DNA of 64,000 nt, taken from positions 15,934,001 through 15,998,000 of the forward strand of contig NW_025963891.1 of the NCBI RefSeq assembly GCF_023055435.1, written 5' to 3'. The stretch comes from Haliotis rufescens (lineage: Eukaryota). Under the pieces are notes generated by a model. It searched no databases. It was not told where the DNA came from and worked only from the letters and a program-made list of their open reading frames with translations. The translations under genes were made by a program, and so were the position numbers. Positions 1 to 12,560 of the stretch are shown one piece after another; the first letter of the stretch is position 1; each line of letters begins with the position of its first letter.

Positions 1-1084
1 GACTGCGCTAAATTTAAAATGTGAGAAACTTTTGATGTGATTACAGTGTGCGTAACGTTGCCTTGTTGTAATCCTCTATCCCACCCGCTGTCAAAACTCG
101 TCCATAGTGGAATAACTGCTCACCAGGGAGACCTTAAACCGACATATTCTCCTGAGCGGCGTCTCTAACTCAGTTAAAGTTTGATCGTGAACCAATCCAA
201 TTAAACATATACTTTTAAGTCGAGCAAAAATCGAACATGAGTTGTTTTACTCAAACAGTGCACTTCCGACCACAAGTTTACTCATTGGGAAAACAATCAT
301 CGAATTCGTTTGATTGCTAGACGGGTTTTCATTTCACCCACGGCCTAGGACAACCAGTCATTGGTCCCTAAAGGGATTACGATGTCCGAGAGAAATCGTT
401 GATTTTTCAAGACGTGTCACGTAGCTAATTTGCTCGCCAGCCCATGCAATTACACACAATGAACTGTCTAGATTTAGCGGGGCACCGCTTATGCTTTACG
501 TGCAGACGGTATAACAGCATCAGCGTTCATCTTCAGCCGTCATGTATGAGTTTATGCACTATACCTACAGCTGAAACCAGCCTGAAGGTTAATATTTCAG
601 GAACGAAAAGAATAAGTGGCGCTGCTTTTGCATCAGCAATGAATTACACAAACACGTACACCGTTCTTCGTTGATTGCTCTGCGCTGTAACCATCCATTG
701 CGTTCTGCGGAGGAGAACAAAACAACATATCATAACATCACGAGCCGAAGTTCTTCAAACGGGTCCTCGTCGAGCTTATTACCGTTGACAAACATGAAAT
801 ATTCGACTGAAGGGTGATATCAAGTTATTATTGCTTTGTCCCAAGAATTTCCTTATATGTGGAGCATACTATAGATTTCAACATAATATCTGGAGATTAT
901 TAAAAAAAATCTTTATATATTGAGAATAATATAGATTTAATCACCCTATCAGGAGAATGCTATAAATTGAAAAATTATATTTGGTGACAACTATACGGAG
1001 AATACAGTAAATTGAATCATTATATCTGGAGAATATTGTATATTGAAAAATTGTACTTTGAGAATACTGTAAATATTGAATACT

Positions 1085-1792
1085 AAACGAGCTCCCGTGT
1101 AATACCAATTTTATAAAACGAGTGAATAGTTCTGGTATCTGACGAGCATTAAATTGATATTACACGGGGGCGAGTTTGATATTTTATTTATTACTTGCCG
1201 TTTATAACTTTTTTTTAGAATTTCAATGTGTGAATATAGGCAGACATCTACGCGACCCACAACATAATCCAATTGATTTTAACAAAACAATCCTTCAAAC
1301 ACGTCAAAAGTTGACACGTCTTAATTTAATACCATGCAAAGGCCCACCTTAAGAATTCTGGTTCCTTTCCAGAAAGTTATCGTAACGCTAAGGTTATCAA
1401 TAAGTCCCATATACCTAGACGTACAAGTGTCGTGGCGCTACGATCGCTTTGTGGAACGGGGTCCTGCATCACAAAGTTTACAATCACGTCACAATACCCG
1501 ATGACGTAATTTGTGAAATTTTTGTTGCAAGATCCATCGGCAAAACAATGCCATGTGACGTCAGCCTAGCAACAGGGTTGTTGGGGTCATCGAGTGTGCA
1601 TAATCTCCTTTCAGTAATCTATCACTACTATACGCAATGTCGTTGAATAAGCCCAGGGATGTTGAGAGTTTTCAATATCTGTTCGTGAAACTTGTTCCCG
1701 CAGTACATTAACACGCGTCTTGGTATTACACAATGTGTAATACAGCTGTATGTTTATCAAACGGGTGATCTCTTCACGGGCAAGTAATAAAT
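1085..1792. mobile_element. Non-autonomous DNA element with inverted repeats (superfamily uncertain)
   Basis: tttattacttgcc (~1187-1199) is inverted to ggcaagtaataaa (~1779-1791); the block interrupts the minisatellite. Confidence 0.45.
1358..1466. mobile_element. Short palindromic MITE (PIF/Harbinger-like ends)
   Basis: ggttcctttccagaaagttatcgtaacgcta is an imperfect inverted repeat of tggcgctacgatcgctttgtggaacggggtcc. Confidence 0.55.
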
Positions 1793-2058
1793 TGCGCCAT
1801 CTGGTATGGATATGGAGAATAATATGTAATGAATCGCCATATATGGATAATACTTTAAATTGCTTCATTATATATGGAGAATACTGTAGACTGGATCATG
1901 ATATATGTAGAATAGATTGAATCATTATATATGGATAATACTATGAATTGAATCATTATATTTGGGGAACACTATAGATTGAATCGTTATATTTGGAGAA
2001 TATTATAGATTGAATCATTGTACTTGGAGAATACTATAGATTGAATCATTGTATTTAG

Positions 2059-2219
2059 TGAGTGAGTATGGTTTTACGCCGCTTTTGGCAATATTCCGGC
2101 AACATCACGGCGGGGGACACCAGAAATGGGCTTCACACATTGTACCCATGTCGGAAATGGAACCCGGGTCTTCGGCGTGACGAGCGAACGCTTTAACCAC
2201 CAGGCTACCCGTTCGCCCC
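2059..2219 (-). mobile_element. tRNA-derived SINE, family A (~160 bp)
   Basis: Minus-strand A/B boxes (tagcctggtgg / ggttccatttcc), (ACTC)n tail, 11-bp TSD attgtatttag. Confidence 0.92.
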
Positions 2220-2622
2220 TATTGTATTTAGAGAATACTATAGATTGAATCATAATATTTTGATAGAGCACAAATGCAATTCGGGATATGAAGGTACAGT
2301 TGCGAGAAGAACTGTTGCTTTGTATCCTTATAAAAACGGCCATGAGTCGCCTGACTATCTTTGAGCACGGCATATCCTTGTATATATGGTTCGCGCACTT
2401 TCCCCTTTCCTCTCATACCCATACCTCAGGCGTTTGTGTTAATCTCGAGGTACACCCAGCTCGTACCGTTGTAAAAAGAATGATTGTTTTATTATATTAT
2501 CGGAATACAGACACACTACACATGCCCCAGTCGAAGAACACTTATTGGAAAAAAGCCTTCAACAGTGCTCGAAATATGTAGGTAACCACACGAAATATAA
2601 CTCCGTTCGTTTTATCTTGCAG

Positions 2623-2853
2623 GCGGATCTGAGGACTCTTGTGCATTCTTGTCCGTGCTGGAAGCATAAAATTACGTACCGTCCCGGTGCACGCCGCTGG
2701 AAACTTGGCAACAACGTCGGTGACATCGCGTACACCACGGGTGACGTCACAGCTGCTCGCGGCCTTCTTACCCTCAAAGATGGCAGGGATTGCTGGCACA
2801 ACGGAAATCTCTACGATCATACAAGTGTCTTGTACCTTACAAAAAGTTGTTAA
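2623..2853 (+). CDS. Candidate exon of unknown gene (alternatively a minus-strand exon at 2680-2835)
   Basis: GC-rich island; + strand acceptor tttatcttgcag followed by an open frame to TAA; - strand 156-nt phase 0/0 exon with AG and gtacgt sites also possible; no recognised homology. Confidence 0.25.
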   Translation, partial: ADLRTLVHSCPCWKHKITYRPGARRWKLGNNVGDIAYTTGDVTAARGLLTLKDGRDCWHNGNLYDHTSVLYLTKSC

Positions 2854-4818
2854 TGACTTTGTTGTTCAATTGTGCGTTTCGAAATGGACCTACCTTGTAC
2901 GTCGTCGTGTCGTTGCATCAATGTGAATATCCAGCGCGAATGTGATTTACTTTGAAAAGCGGGCACTTGGGGACAGAAATGCTCAAGCCATTTCAAGGGA
3001 TCAAATCATTTTATTTCATACAACATTGAATTAAGATTACTCAAATTGAACACAAAATTAAATTTTCTAACATGCACCTCTCATCTTGATATTGTTGGTC
3101 TGCGGGGTTCACCGAACTGTTTAAAGTTACTTCTTTGTCCAGACAGACATACAGAACTAATCATAAAGCACACTCTTCATTCGTGTTAGGAATCCAATGG
3201 GACTTTCATGGCATTCACAGCTGATCACGTCACGAAGTATGATCGCTTTGTCTAGAGAGCCAAGACCACTTTGATGTCAGTGAAAGGCACAGCCAGACCG
3301 GAGACCCGCTAAGTGACGGCCTCCCAAAAGACATAGAGTCATGATCTATATCACTGAACATGTTAAATTCGTGGTGATGAAAGAAGAACTGAAGAACTGA
3401 TGTACAATACATATAACGTCAGATACGTGCATTTTTATCACTTATTAAAGGAATTCATGTTACACATTGTCGTGAATATCCGTTCTGGAACATGAAGGAA
3501 CCGGCCTTGTGAGCAAAACTACGAAGGGGAAATATTCTAATTGAACTAGTTTTGTGTTTTGTTCAATTATCCAAACACATTGAGCAATGTTAATAAGGAT
3601 AAAGACTCTTGAAGAGCTGGGTAGTTTCAATATATGTGAACGGTTCCTTCTAAAATATTTTTGAGAAAGTGTTTGTTTGTACATTATCAACGTGGATATT
3701 GCATCGAAAAACTGAACCAGTAACTTTCTGGTGTTTAGTCTGGCCATATTATTGTTTTAAATGACTTGAAAGACCGGGATTGGACTTTTTGGTGCTTTAT
3801 ATGTCGCCAGTATGGAAGTATGGAAACATGGCTATTGCTGTGTGGAGAAAATACTCCATGCTTATGCCAACAAAACAACTGGTTCTGGATAAACGAGTTC
3901 ATCTGTGTGTTTTGTTTCAGGCCTCAAGGACAAATGAAACCAGATTTTGTTAAACTGCTAAAAATGAAAGAGATAATCATTTCATTCGAGATATGTTGAT
4001 TAGGCATGAAGATGATGACCACTTGACCTTTCCTTGAATTAGTAGCCTCTCAGGGTTGATTTGTAGTCTGAGTACTCGCATTCCTGCTTCGCGATATAAT
4101 TCAATTTGGATAGATGTTAGTTATGCCGAAATAGCTGAAAGTGAAGTGTAAATAACATGAACGTGGTGTGTTCAATATTTGATGTATTAAGATATTCTTA
4201 TGTGGCGTCTCAGGAAAATAAAGCATGCCACTGTATTACTTTTGTTATCCCATTTTGTGGTTTACTTTCCGACAGGGCTTTGAACAAAGTGTAGTAGAAA
4301 TGTTACAGTCGGTTTCAATAATATTTTGTATTTAAAGAAATTTTCGTTTATATATAAAGATAAAACGGCAATAAAAAGTATTCGACTGGATACGAAATTA
4401 GCAAATGAATCATAGGTTCAAACGTGCCAGTTGCAAATGTGTCATCATTCTTGAAAGACACATCTTCAATTATCCAGTGTTTCATATTTTCATTTCATTA
4501 TGATGAATACCCTGGATCCATTCGATACAACTGCTTCGTTTCCATCCCCATTAGAATGGCACGAGGATATAAATAGGCGTCCAATCCAGCAACTTGGATT
4601 AGCAAGAGAAATCCCGTGCTTAGTGAAACGGTGACGTCATCGCTCGGTGCTCGGGTCGAAGGTATTTATTGCATTTCAAATGCTGGTATAATTCACAGAA
4701 TGATCGAAGATATGAAAGACATGAAACATACATTCGTACATGTTCATATTGCTGATGTATATGGACGTTGTCTCAGTGAATAATTAGAAGATGAACGCAC
4801 TGTGTCTTTTATTGAATA

Positions 4819-5094
4819 CTACAAGGGACAGTGTCGCATTGTCGCGCATTTGAAGGCCTTTTTACACATTCTTGATGGGGCGACAATGCGACAACGCGAC
4901 ATATTTAGACCTTGAAAAATGTCACGTTGTCGCATTGTCGCGCTTTGGTAAAATAAAAAAGATTTCTCTAAGCGCGACAATGCGACAATGCGACAAATGG
5001 CCAAAATGTCGCTTTGGCTAATTTTGACACTCTTTGCTTGTTTTTGGAAGGGCGACAATGCGACGATGCGACAACGCAACAATGTCCCTTGTAG
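4819..5094. mobile_element. Tc1/mariner-type MITE with internal (GCGACAAT)n motifs
   Basis: TIR ctacaagggaca...tgtcccttgtag with TA TSDs; inverted tgtcgc/gcgaca repeats inside. Confidence 0.85.
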
Positions 5095-5574
5095 TATTCC
5101 ATTTTTTAATGTAAAGCTACATGTAAACAAAAGTCGGTAACCTGTAGATTTAACTGCGAATTAGAAACCGTTCACGCGTTATCAACTGCTAAATTTAGCG
5201 CGGTTAAATGTAAGTTAACCTAGTATACGTTGAAAAGATGACAAGATTCAAAACAAACTCAAGATACTGAGGTAAGGCGGCATGGGTTGAGACCAACGTT
5301 CAGTAGATCATTGTTCTGAAGGGCGGTCGGGTAGCCTAATTGTATAAATATTCTTAGTCCATTTCTGACATGTTTTCTGCCCAATTTATTGCCACATATA
5401 CTTTAAATATTATAGTAACTGCAACTCTGAATTTTGCAACGTATACCTGTACATGTCATAATTTCAAAAATGACCACGGACGAGGATTGAAAAGGAAGCA
5501 CTTTTCTAGAAATAGCTTACGCGGTGATGCGGCCGCCATATCAGCTGTTCCAGTGTGAAGTGGTTATTGTGACA

Positions 5575-5735
5575 TGAAACTACACAATTTCAGTTATATA
5601 ACGGCATGTCAGCTGAATTGGGAGGAAATCCGAGTTCGTAGAAGTTTAACACGGACGGCGAAATCTTAAAGCTAAGCTTAAACCTAATTACAGGCCATAA
5701 TCAGGGCGGATCGGGGACGGAACCAATGATCACGC
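5575..5735 (-). mobile_element. Degenerate SINE fragment related to family C
   Basis: ttcagttatataacggcatgtcagct...gggaggaaa matches the family C 3' part. Confidence 0.45.
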
Positions 5736-6130
5736 ATCCCGGGACGACTGGCCAAGAACACGATGCCGAGATGCAGAGAAAGACAACGAAAGAATTTGTT
5801 TATCCATTGCACAGCTGTATCACACTTTTATTAAAGTTTTATCACAGCTAAGCAATCCTCCCGATCTTACCCTTCAGCTAAAGCGCTATGTAGTCTAAAC
5901 CAGGCTTTCACATATTAACCACATTACTCAATAGTCCCTCTTGTACAGCCCTTTTCTCCAGGATGTATGACAAACGTGGAACGCAGCTCGTGTACGGTCA
6001 AAGTCGCTATATAATCACATTAATCTTGTGTGCGACGTCCGTATATTTAAAGTATAGTAGTAAATAAGACACGTTTGTTATTGACAATATACGTTCTGAA
6101 TCACAACACGATTTCTGATTGAAAACAAAA

Positions 6131-7496
6131 TACATGGGTAAGAATAAAGATGCAGAAAAAGTTCTGGACCTAACTATCAAGGGTGTTTTGCAAACCTTTA
6201 ACAGTATGATTGCATTAAGTATAATTGCATTTCCATACTCACAGGCTGCATTTCAATCAAATACAGAACTATGCAGCATTTTTCATCAGGTATCAAAGTG
6301 ACTAGGTATTCTCTATGGATGTAAATGGACAAAAGTGGATGCCTCTCTGTCATGAAGTATTTCCAACTTAACGGGCTTAAACTTAAACTCCAGCAGCCAG
6401 CAATGCGCACAGGGTGTCATCTGAAGGGTATGATACACCTTCCTTTGCCACTGGTAATATTTGGACAGTGTTCAATACAGGAAGAGAGAACATAGATGAT
6501 ACAAGATCAGGAACAAGACAGTAGGCATCTTACCGTAGGCATCTTACATGAGTGAGTGAGTGAGTGAGTGAGTGAGTGAGTGAGTTACAATGTAAAGTCA
6601 CATCGGCAATATTTCAGCCATATCGTGACTATTAAGGGTTAAACATATAAATTCATGGTGACTAACATAAAAACCTGCCAACGAGGCACAGTAAAATAAC
6701 TAGACTTATCACAATTAGCAACTGAAGGTAGATCACCATACTAGCGACCTATGGGACTTACAGTACCTTTGCAACCTGCATGGACCCTAGCAGGATTTAC
6801 ATCATCCCTTCAGTCGCTGGCGATTGTACATAATTTTAGCCACAATTAAAATGACAGATATTCTACGTTTAAAGGCGCAGTAAATGTAAATATTCTTTGA
6901 ATGACAGTGACTTTCGATACCTCTCAGGGGCATCTTACATCAGAGAGATGAGAACATTCTGAGTAATGTACATGACAAAGGTTTCAGCACTCTGAAATCC
7001 ATGATCAGAAACGCTCCAAGTTCTAAATCATTTGGAATAACGTCATTTTGAAGCAGATCTAGCCGTTTGAAAGCACTGAGGTCCCTTGAGTTCACCACTA
7101 TCACCAGAGTCCAAACAACAGTCAAAGCAGTCAAATCCAGCGTCTCCTCCAAAGAAGCCAAAGTCTGTTGGTCCTATTGGTAGACTACCTCCCGAAAGGC
7201 CAACATGTTGCTAATCTGATTAGGCAACTGCGTGAGATTTGAGGGGCTAAACGTCATGGACAACTCACAAAAGGCGTGTTGATGCCTTATGCATTATGCA
7301 AATTATGGATCAATCTGTTTTGCTGTGGAGGACTTTGTACACCACCAGGGTAACGCCTTCACCATGGGGACACTCAAGTATCGTTGGCAGAAGTGTGCAC
7401 ATGAACCTCAAAATTGATTATGTTATGTTAACAAACCATTAGCGACATCATCGCAGTCCATCGTAGTTAGGCTAAGAACTTTTCATCATCCCCTCG
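6131..7496 (+). mobile_element. Decayed mariner (DD34D-type) transposon, interrupted by a LINE tail
   Basis: TIR remnants gaaaaagttctggacctaact and agttaggctaagaacttttcatcatcccctcg+TA; transposase remnants MDK..VMKYFQL, DD.RSG, MTKVSA, HHY..ESKQQS, PPKK, VDYLPKG, RWQKC; similar to 59781-60916. Confidence 0.8.
6550..6928 (-). mobile_element. 5'-truncated non-LTR retrotransposon 3' end with (ACTC)n tail
   Basis: (GAGT)n at 6550-6585; TSD ggcatcttacat on both sides; terminal cacgatatggctgaaatattgccg resembles the SINE tails. Confidence 0.75.
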
Positions 7497-7543
7497 TACT
7501 GTAGATATTTGTATGCAGGCACAACTATATTTTGTTCTAAATC

Positions 7544-7819
7544 GATCGCCTCCGTGGTCTAGGGGTAAAGCGGAGGGTCGGGGTTCGATCTCCGGCCGCG
7601 TCACACCAAAAAGACGTTAACAGATGCTACTTGTTGTTTCCCTCGGCACTGAGGGACTTCAACAAGGTCTGGTCGGCTCGGAGTCGGCATCAGTCCAGAC
7701 TAGTACAAGCAGCCACACGCGCTCGCAAGCACGCAAGCACGCACGCACGCTCGTGCATGCACGTCGCTATACAAGTGCAATAATCTTGGACGCCACGTTA
7801 AACCCCATTTCATCTAACC
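7544..7819 (+). mobile_element. Meta-domain-like tRNA SINE, family B (internally deleted)
   Basis: tRNA head, ccaaaaagacgtt...ctggtcggctcggagtc core, 12-bp TSD ttgttctaaatc. Confidence 0.85.
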
Positions 7820-7833
7820 TTGTTCTAAATCGT

Positions 7834-7975
7834 GGCGGCCAGGGTGTCTTGTGCTTAAATCGTTCGCTCTTTCCGTATACGAACCGGGTTCGAATCCCCA
7901 CATGGAAACATTGTGCGAAGCCGGCATTAATCTGTTCCCCGTGATACTGAGTGAGTATTGCGGCGTAAAAGAATG
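7834..7975 (+). mobile_element. Degenerate family A SINE
   Basis: ccgggttcgaatcccc B box, ccccgtgatactg and gcggcgtaaaa tail. Confidence 0.6.
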
Positions 7976-8559
7976 CGCATTTACTTTAAATCATTATGGG
8001 TGTGTAATTTAAATCCTTAAGCTTCATGTAAATACTGTGTTCGATACAAACACGAAATTGATTTATTTTTATCTGCAACTGATGCATACACGTGTACGTA
8101 ACACCAGGAAGGGTATGTGATTCTACTGACAAAATACAATTTAGAAGTTATTTGTGACTTGAAGTATTCTTTGAAGGAGACGGGTATAGATTTTGAGGGA
8201 AAGCAGGCAGTGTGATTTCCCCTTGGAACATCTTGAAGCTCGCGTGTGTTACTCAGGTAGAGGTTTAATAACTCCTTGCAGCTGAATCTGATGGTAAATA
8301 AAACACTCAAACGCCAACGACTGATTTGGATATAATTGTGTTCAATACTTCCCAGTTTGCTTCGGCTGTCAAACGATAAAACTGCGACCGAACATTTGAT
8401 ATTGACTTAACTATTTCTACCCATTCTCAAATTCACATTTTCCATGTATGATATATCATTTAAGGAGACAAATGTCATAACTGAAAAAAGGTTCATCACA
8501 ATTGAGAATACCTCAGGTTTTGATATCTTGTAAGAAGCTCATGGAAATATAATTACGGG

Positions 8560-8830
8560 GGTCAAATATTAGGAGAGTCAAAATCAGTTATGACAAATAG
8601 AGTGGTCTTAGTAGTAGATCCAACAGCTATCACTGCCCTTACTTGATCAAAGTCAAGGGGAAAATCTTTGATTCCTTGATGGCATTCACAGTTATCCCTG
8701 AGCTAAAATGTTTTAATAGACTTGGACGGTAGAAGAAAAACTCTAATATGACTTCTTATGCATCTGTACTGTCGCATGATTATGTCATTGAAATACTTCA
8801 AAGAATGGTTTTTGAAAAAGTAATAGCTTT
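8560..8830 (+). mobile_element. Possible pogo/Tigger transposase relic
   Basis: Broken motifs resembling LD..(S)H (cttgatggcattcacagt) and PN.TS..QPLD..I.SLK; heavily frameshifted. Confidence 0.25.
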
Positions 8831-10974
8831 TTCAAAACGACACTATACATGGAACCACCATCAACTTTTTTGTAGGAAGTAGGACAAAACAAGTCTTACT
8901 GATTGAGTTAATGACATTTCACTCAACTGACTTGACTTTTTTTTCAAATAAGCATTGATTTATTTCCACATTGTCAGAGGTCATTAGACGCACGGCAACA
9001 GAAGGAAATGTCATTACGTACATTATACTACTGTGTTAAAGATGTTCTTTCGTCAAAAGTCAAATTGGTCGACCGTTAAAGAGAAGAGATTCTATTCCCT
9101 ATCTTTCTACATCTCAACATGACAAGAACTGTGAGGGTAGATGTAATCAAAATGCAATAATGTGGAATCTCCCGGGTCCTTAAATAGTCCCCAATCTGTG
9201 CTAACTAAAATTGACCATTTACCACTGTTTAAACACACCGTACTCTAGGCCTCGTATACAAACGCTGAGAAGACTACGTCAGTCCAAATCAGCATCACGA
9301 TGAAGACTCGGCCAATACCGCCTGTATTGATTGTATGCTAGATGTCTGTGGGGTATTTGGTCATAAACCTGGCGAACAACTCATCATTGTTTTTATTGTT
9401 TGTGATCATGTCCAGTCCAAAGGTTTCCTTGTTTCATTGGCGAGTGTATGTAAGTAGGATATAAATTTGCTTAGCTCCCAATATACAATGTGTGATTTCC
9501 TTAATTCATTGGCGTATGAATGTAAGTGGGATATAGATTTGCTTAGCAGTCCATATACTATGTGTGTGAATAAGTAACCGATTTTAGTTCGGTGAGTGGC
9601 GCAGCTAATTAGCGATTGTTCCTATGCCAGATCTTTGACATATATACTCAATGGCTTCATTAACCTGGTAACGTATCAGTACTTGCTCAGTTTGCCATCA
9701 TCAGCGGATGTACCATAAACAAACACATTGAAGTAGAAACGACAGGTTCTCTTTTTATCGTTCATGTCGACATTGTTTCTCTGACACATTCATTCACCAT
9801 CAACTGTAAGACTGCGTGTGGTGTGCTGATTTCGTGATTGGGATATATAATCATTTCCTCGGTGCACCGAGTTAGGTGGTTACTAGAGCAGTGAGTCAGT
9901 GTGTTCCTTCCCACAATACGGCCACCTTGTGTCATGGCGATTCTAGGAATTCTGGCAAGAGATAAATCGTTTAGCATTCTCAAGCAGGTATCACTTCTGG
10001 CCCAGTGGTCTTTATTGCCAAAAGGCTTTGCTGTTCAGAGTTACGTCGATTAGCTAACAGGTTCCAGCTGAATGGTGGGTTCGAAACCATGTTTGGTTTG
10101 TCAGTGTAATAACTTTAGTCGTAGGGATCAGGTAAACGGCTAAGACCTTCGACATACATTAACATAGACGTTACCAGTGCAGCCTCCAGGAATCCCCATC
10201 CCTCTGAAACTGCGGAAGTAGCTGTGCCAGAGATCACGTCCACTTCTCACGTTTGCCTGGAGCTACAATTGATATGTTGTGTGCTACAAAAGGATGGGGT
10301 TGATATGAGCGCGACGTGTCTACCTGGTTAGACTTCACCTAGCCCCGCCAGTCGGAGACGATGATGGCGTTTGATCAATGAATTGTCCATTTTTTAAATT
10401 GAATCGTGATCGAGTTGATGATCCTGGCTGCGACAGTATCTACTTCGAAAAACGTTTTTTCGAAATACCCCAGGCAAGAACTTTATATACTAATAAAGCA
10501 TGATTTGCTCTGCGAAGTACTGCACTGCGTTTTTTAAGAACAATAATTTATATGATGTCGAGGTTGCATGATTCGCCCTATTTTCGATAAGATATATTCT
10601 GTAAACCTAAAACTTCCAGCTCGCGTCGTTATTTACATATCTCGAAGCTATTGCCCTAATGAATATCTTGAAACCACAGGACATTTTCCTCTTAATTTCA
10701 TCATTTATTAAGGCAATATTAATGAAAACATTATTAATGACATCTTGTGGATTTCTTTTGGATGGGGACACAGGTGATCTACGCATTTCGCGGTGCTACA
10801 GTTGCGCCCCTTAGGCGTGCAGGATGGTAGGTTCGAAATCCAGGTAAACCCTGATAATCATCCCCGTTTGTCAGCATTGTACCTGTGCTTTTGGGTGTCA
10901 TCAAAATGAAAAATTATCTAATCAGGGGATTCCGGTTAAGAATATTGCACGGGTCGATGTCACTATGTCCATCA

Positions 10975-12330
10975 TCGGGTTGTAGATATACGCACCTCAT
11001 GTGTGGTATAATATATCATGGGATATTAGTTGTAAGCACCTTGGAAGGTATAGTACTATATAACGTAGGATTGTAGATGTAAGCTCCGTGGCGTGTATAG
11101 TATTTGCGATTTTAGATGTAAGCACCTTGGAAGGTATAGTACTATATAACGTAGGATTGTTGATGTAAGCTCCGTGGCGTGTATAGTATTTGCGATTTTA
11201 GATGTAAGCACCTTGGAAGGTATAGTACAATAACTATATAACGTAGGATTGTTGATGTAAGCTCCGTGGCGTGTATAGTATTTGCGATTTTAGATGTAAG
11301 CACCTTGGAAGGTATAGTACTATATAACGTAGGAGTGTAGATGTAAGCTCCGTGGTGTGTATAGTATTTGCGATTTTAGATGTAAGCACCTTGGAAGGTA
11401 TAGTACAATAACTATATAACGTAGGATTGTTGATGTAAGCTCCGTGGCGTGTATAGTATTTGCGATTTTAGATGTAAGCACCTTGGAAGGTATAGTACTA
11501 TATAACGTAGGATTGTAGATGTAAGCTCCGTGACGTGTATAGTACATGCGATATTAGATGTAAGCACCTTGGAAGGTATAGTACTATATAACGTAGGATT
11601 GTTGATGTAAGCTCCGTGGCGTGTCTAGTACATGCGATATTAGATGTAAGCACCTTGGAAGGTATAGTACTATATAACGTAGGATTGTAGATGTAAGCTC
11701 TGTGACGTGTATAGTACATGCGATATTAGATGTAAGCACCTTGGAAGGTATAGTACTATATAACGTAGGATTGTTGATGTAAGCTCCGTGGCGTGTATAG
11801 TACATGCGATATTAGATGTAAGCACCTTGGAAGGTATAGTACTATATAACGTAGGATTGTTGATGTAAGCTCCTCGGCGTGTATAGTACATGCGATATTA
11901 GATGTAAGCACCTTGGAAGGTATAGTACTATATAACGTAGGATTGTTGATGTAAGCTCCGTGGCGTGTATAATATACGTACATGCGATATTAGATGTAAG
12001 CACCTTGGAAGGTATAGTACTATATAACGTAGGATTGTTGATGTAAGCTCCGTGGCGTGTATAGTACATGCGATATTAGATGTAAGCACCTGAGAAAGGT
12101 ATAGTATATACTATCATTGGATTGTTTTTGTAAGTACCGTGGCATGTATAGTACAATTTATTGTGGGATTGTAGATTTAAGTATCTTTACACATATAGAA
12201 CAAAATATCATGGGATTGTAGATGGAGGTACCGTTACATATTATAGTACAAAATATCGTGGAATTGTAGATTTTAGTATCTTGACATATATAGTTATTGT
12301 ACAATATATCGTGGGATTATCGATATACCG
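10975..12330. repeat. 86-bp tandem satellite (dimer of related ~40/46-bp subunits), about 12 clean copies plus degenerate flanks
   Basis: Unit gtaggattgttgatgtaagctccgtggcgtgtatagtacatgcgatattagatgtaagcaccttggaaggtatagtactatataac; further degenerate units at 12640-12800. Confidence 0.97.
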
Positions 12331-12560
12331 TATTCGACGTAATAAGCGACCCACTGTAATAAGCGCCCACGGCGATATTTGCTAATATATTAGCTAGTGA
12401 ACATCCCCAATTAGCACCCTTCCGATTGATCAATGTACACACGACATATTTATTCGTGTATAATACGCACTCTTGTGTTATATGCACCCTTAATTAAATT
12501 CCTGTAAAATGTATATCTGTCGTGTATAATACGCAACAGACTTTTCTTTTGAATCATTTC
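12326..12560. mobile_element. pogo/Tigger-like MITE end inserted in the satellite flank
   Basis: TA+ccgtattcgacgtaataagcg terminus with repeated taataagcgccc and tataatacgca motifs. Confidence 0.5.

Larger units (their letters stand above)
850..2260. repeat. Degenerate ~31-bp minisatellite (GGAGAATACTATAGATTGAATCATTATATAT), interrupted by insertions at ~1085-1795 and 2059-2219
   Basis: Repeated ggagaatac...gattgaatcatt units at 850-1080 and 1800-2260. Confidence 0.85.

Noticed and set aside
9262-9296. ctgagaa-gact/agtc-caaa hammerhead-like motif
   Set aside because: Both core motifs deviate and there is no stem I or III
9600-10000. Possible LINE RT motifs (SADD, TQG)
   Set aside because: Too weak and not in a consistent frame
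11320-12069. Series of similar 73-75 aa ORFs
   Set aside because: Products of the 86-bp satellite; the unit is not a multiple of 3
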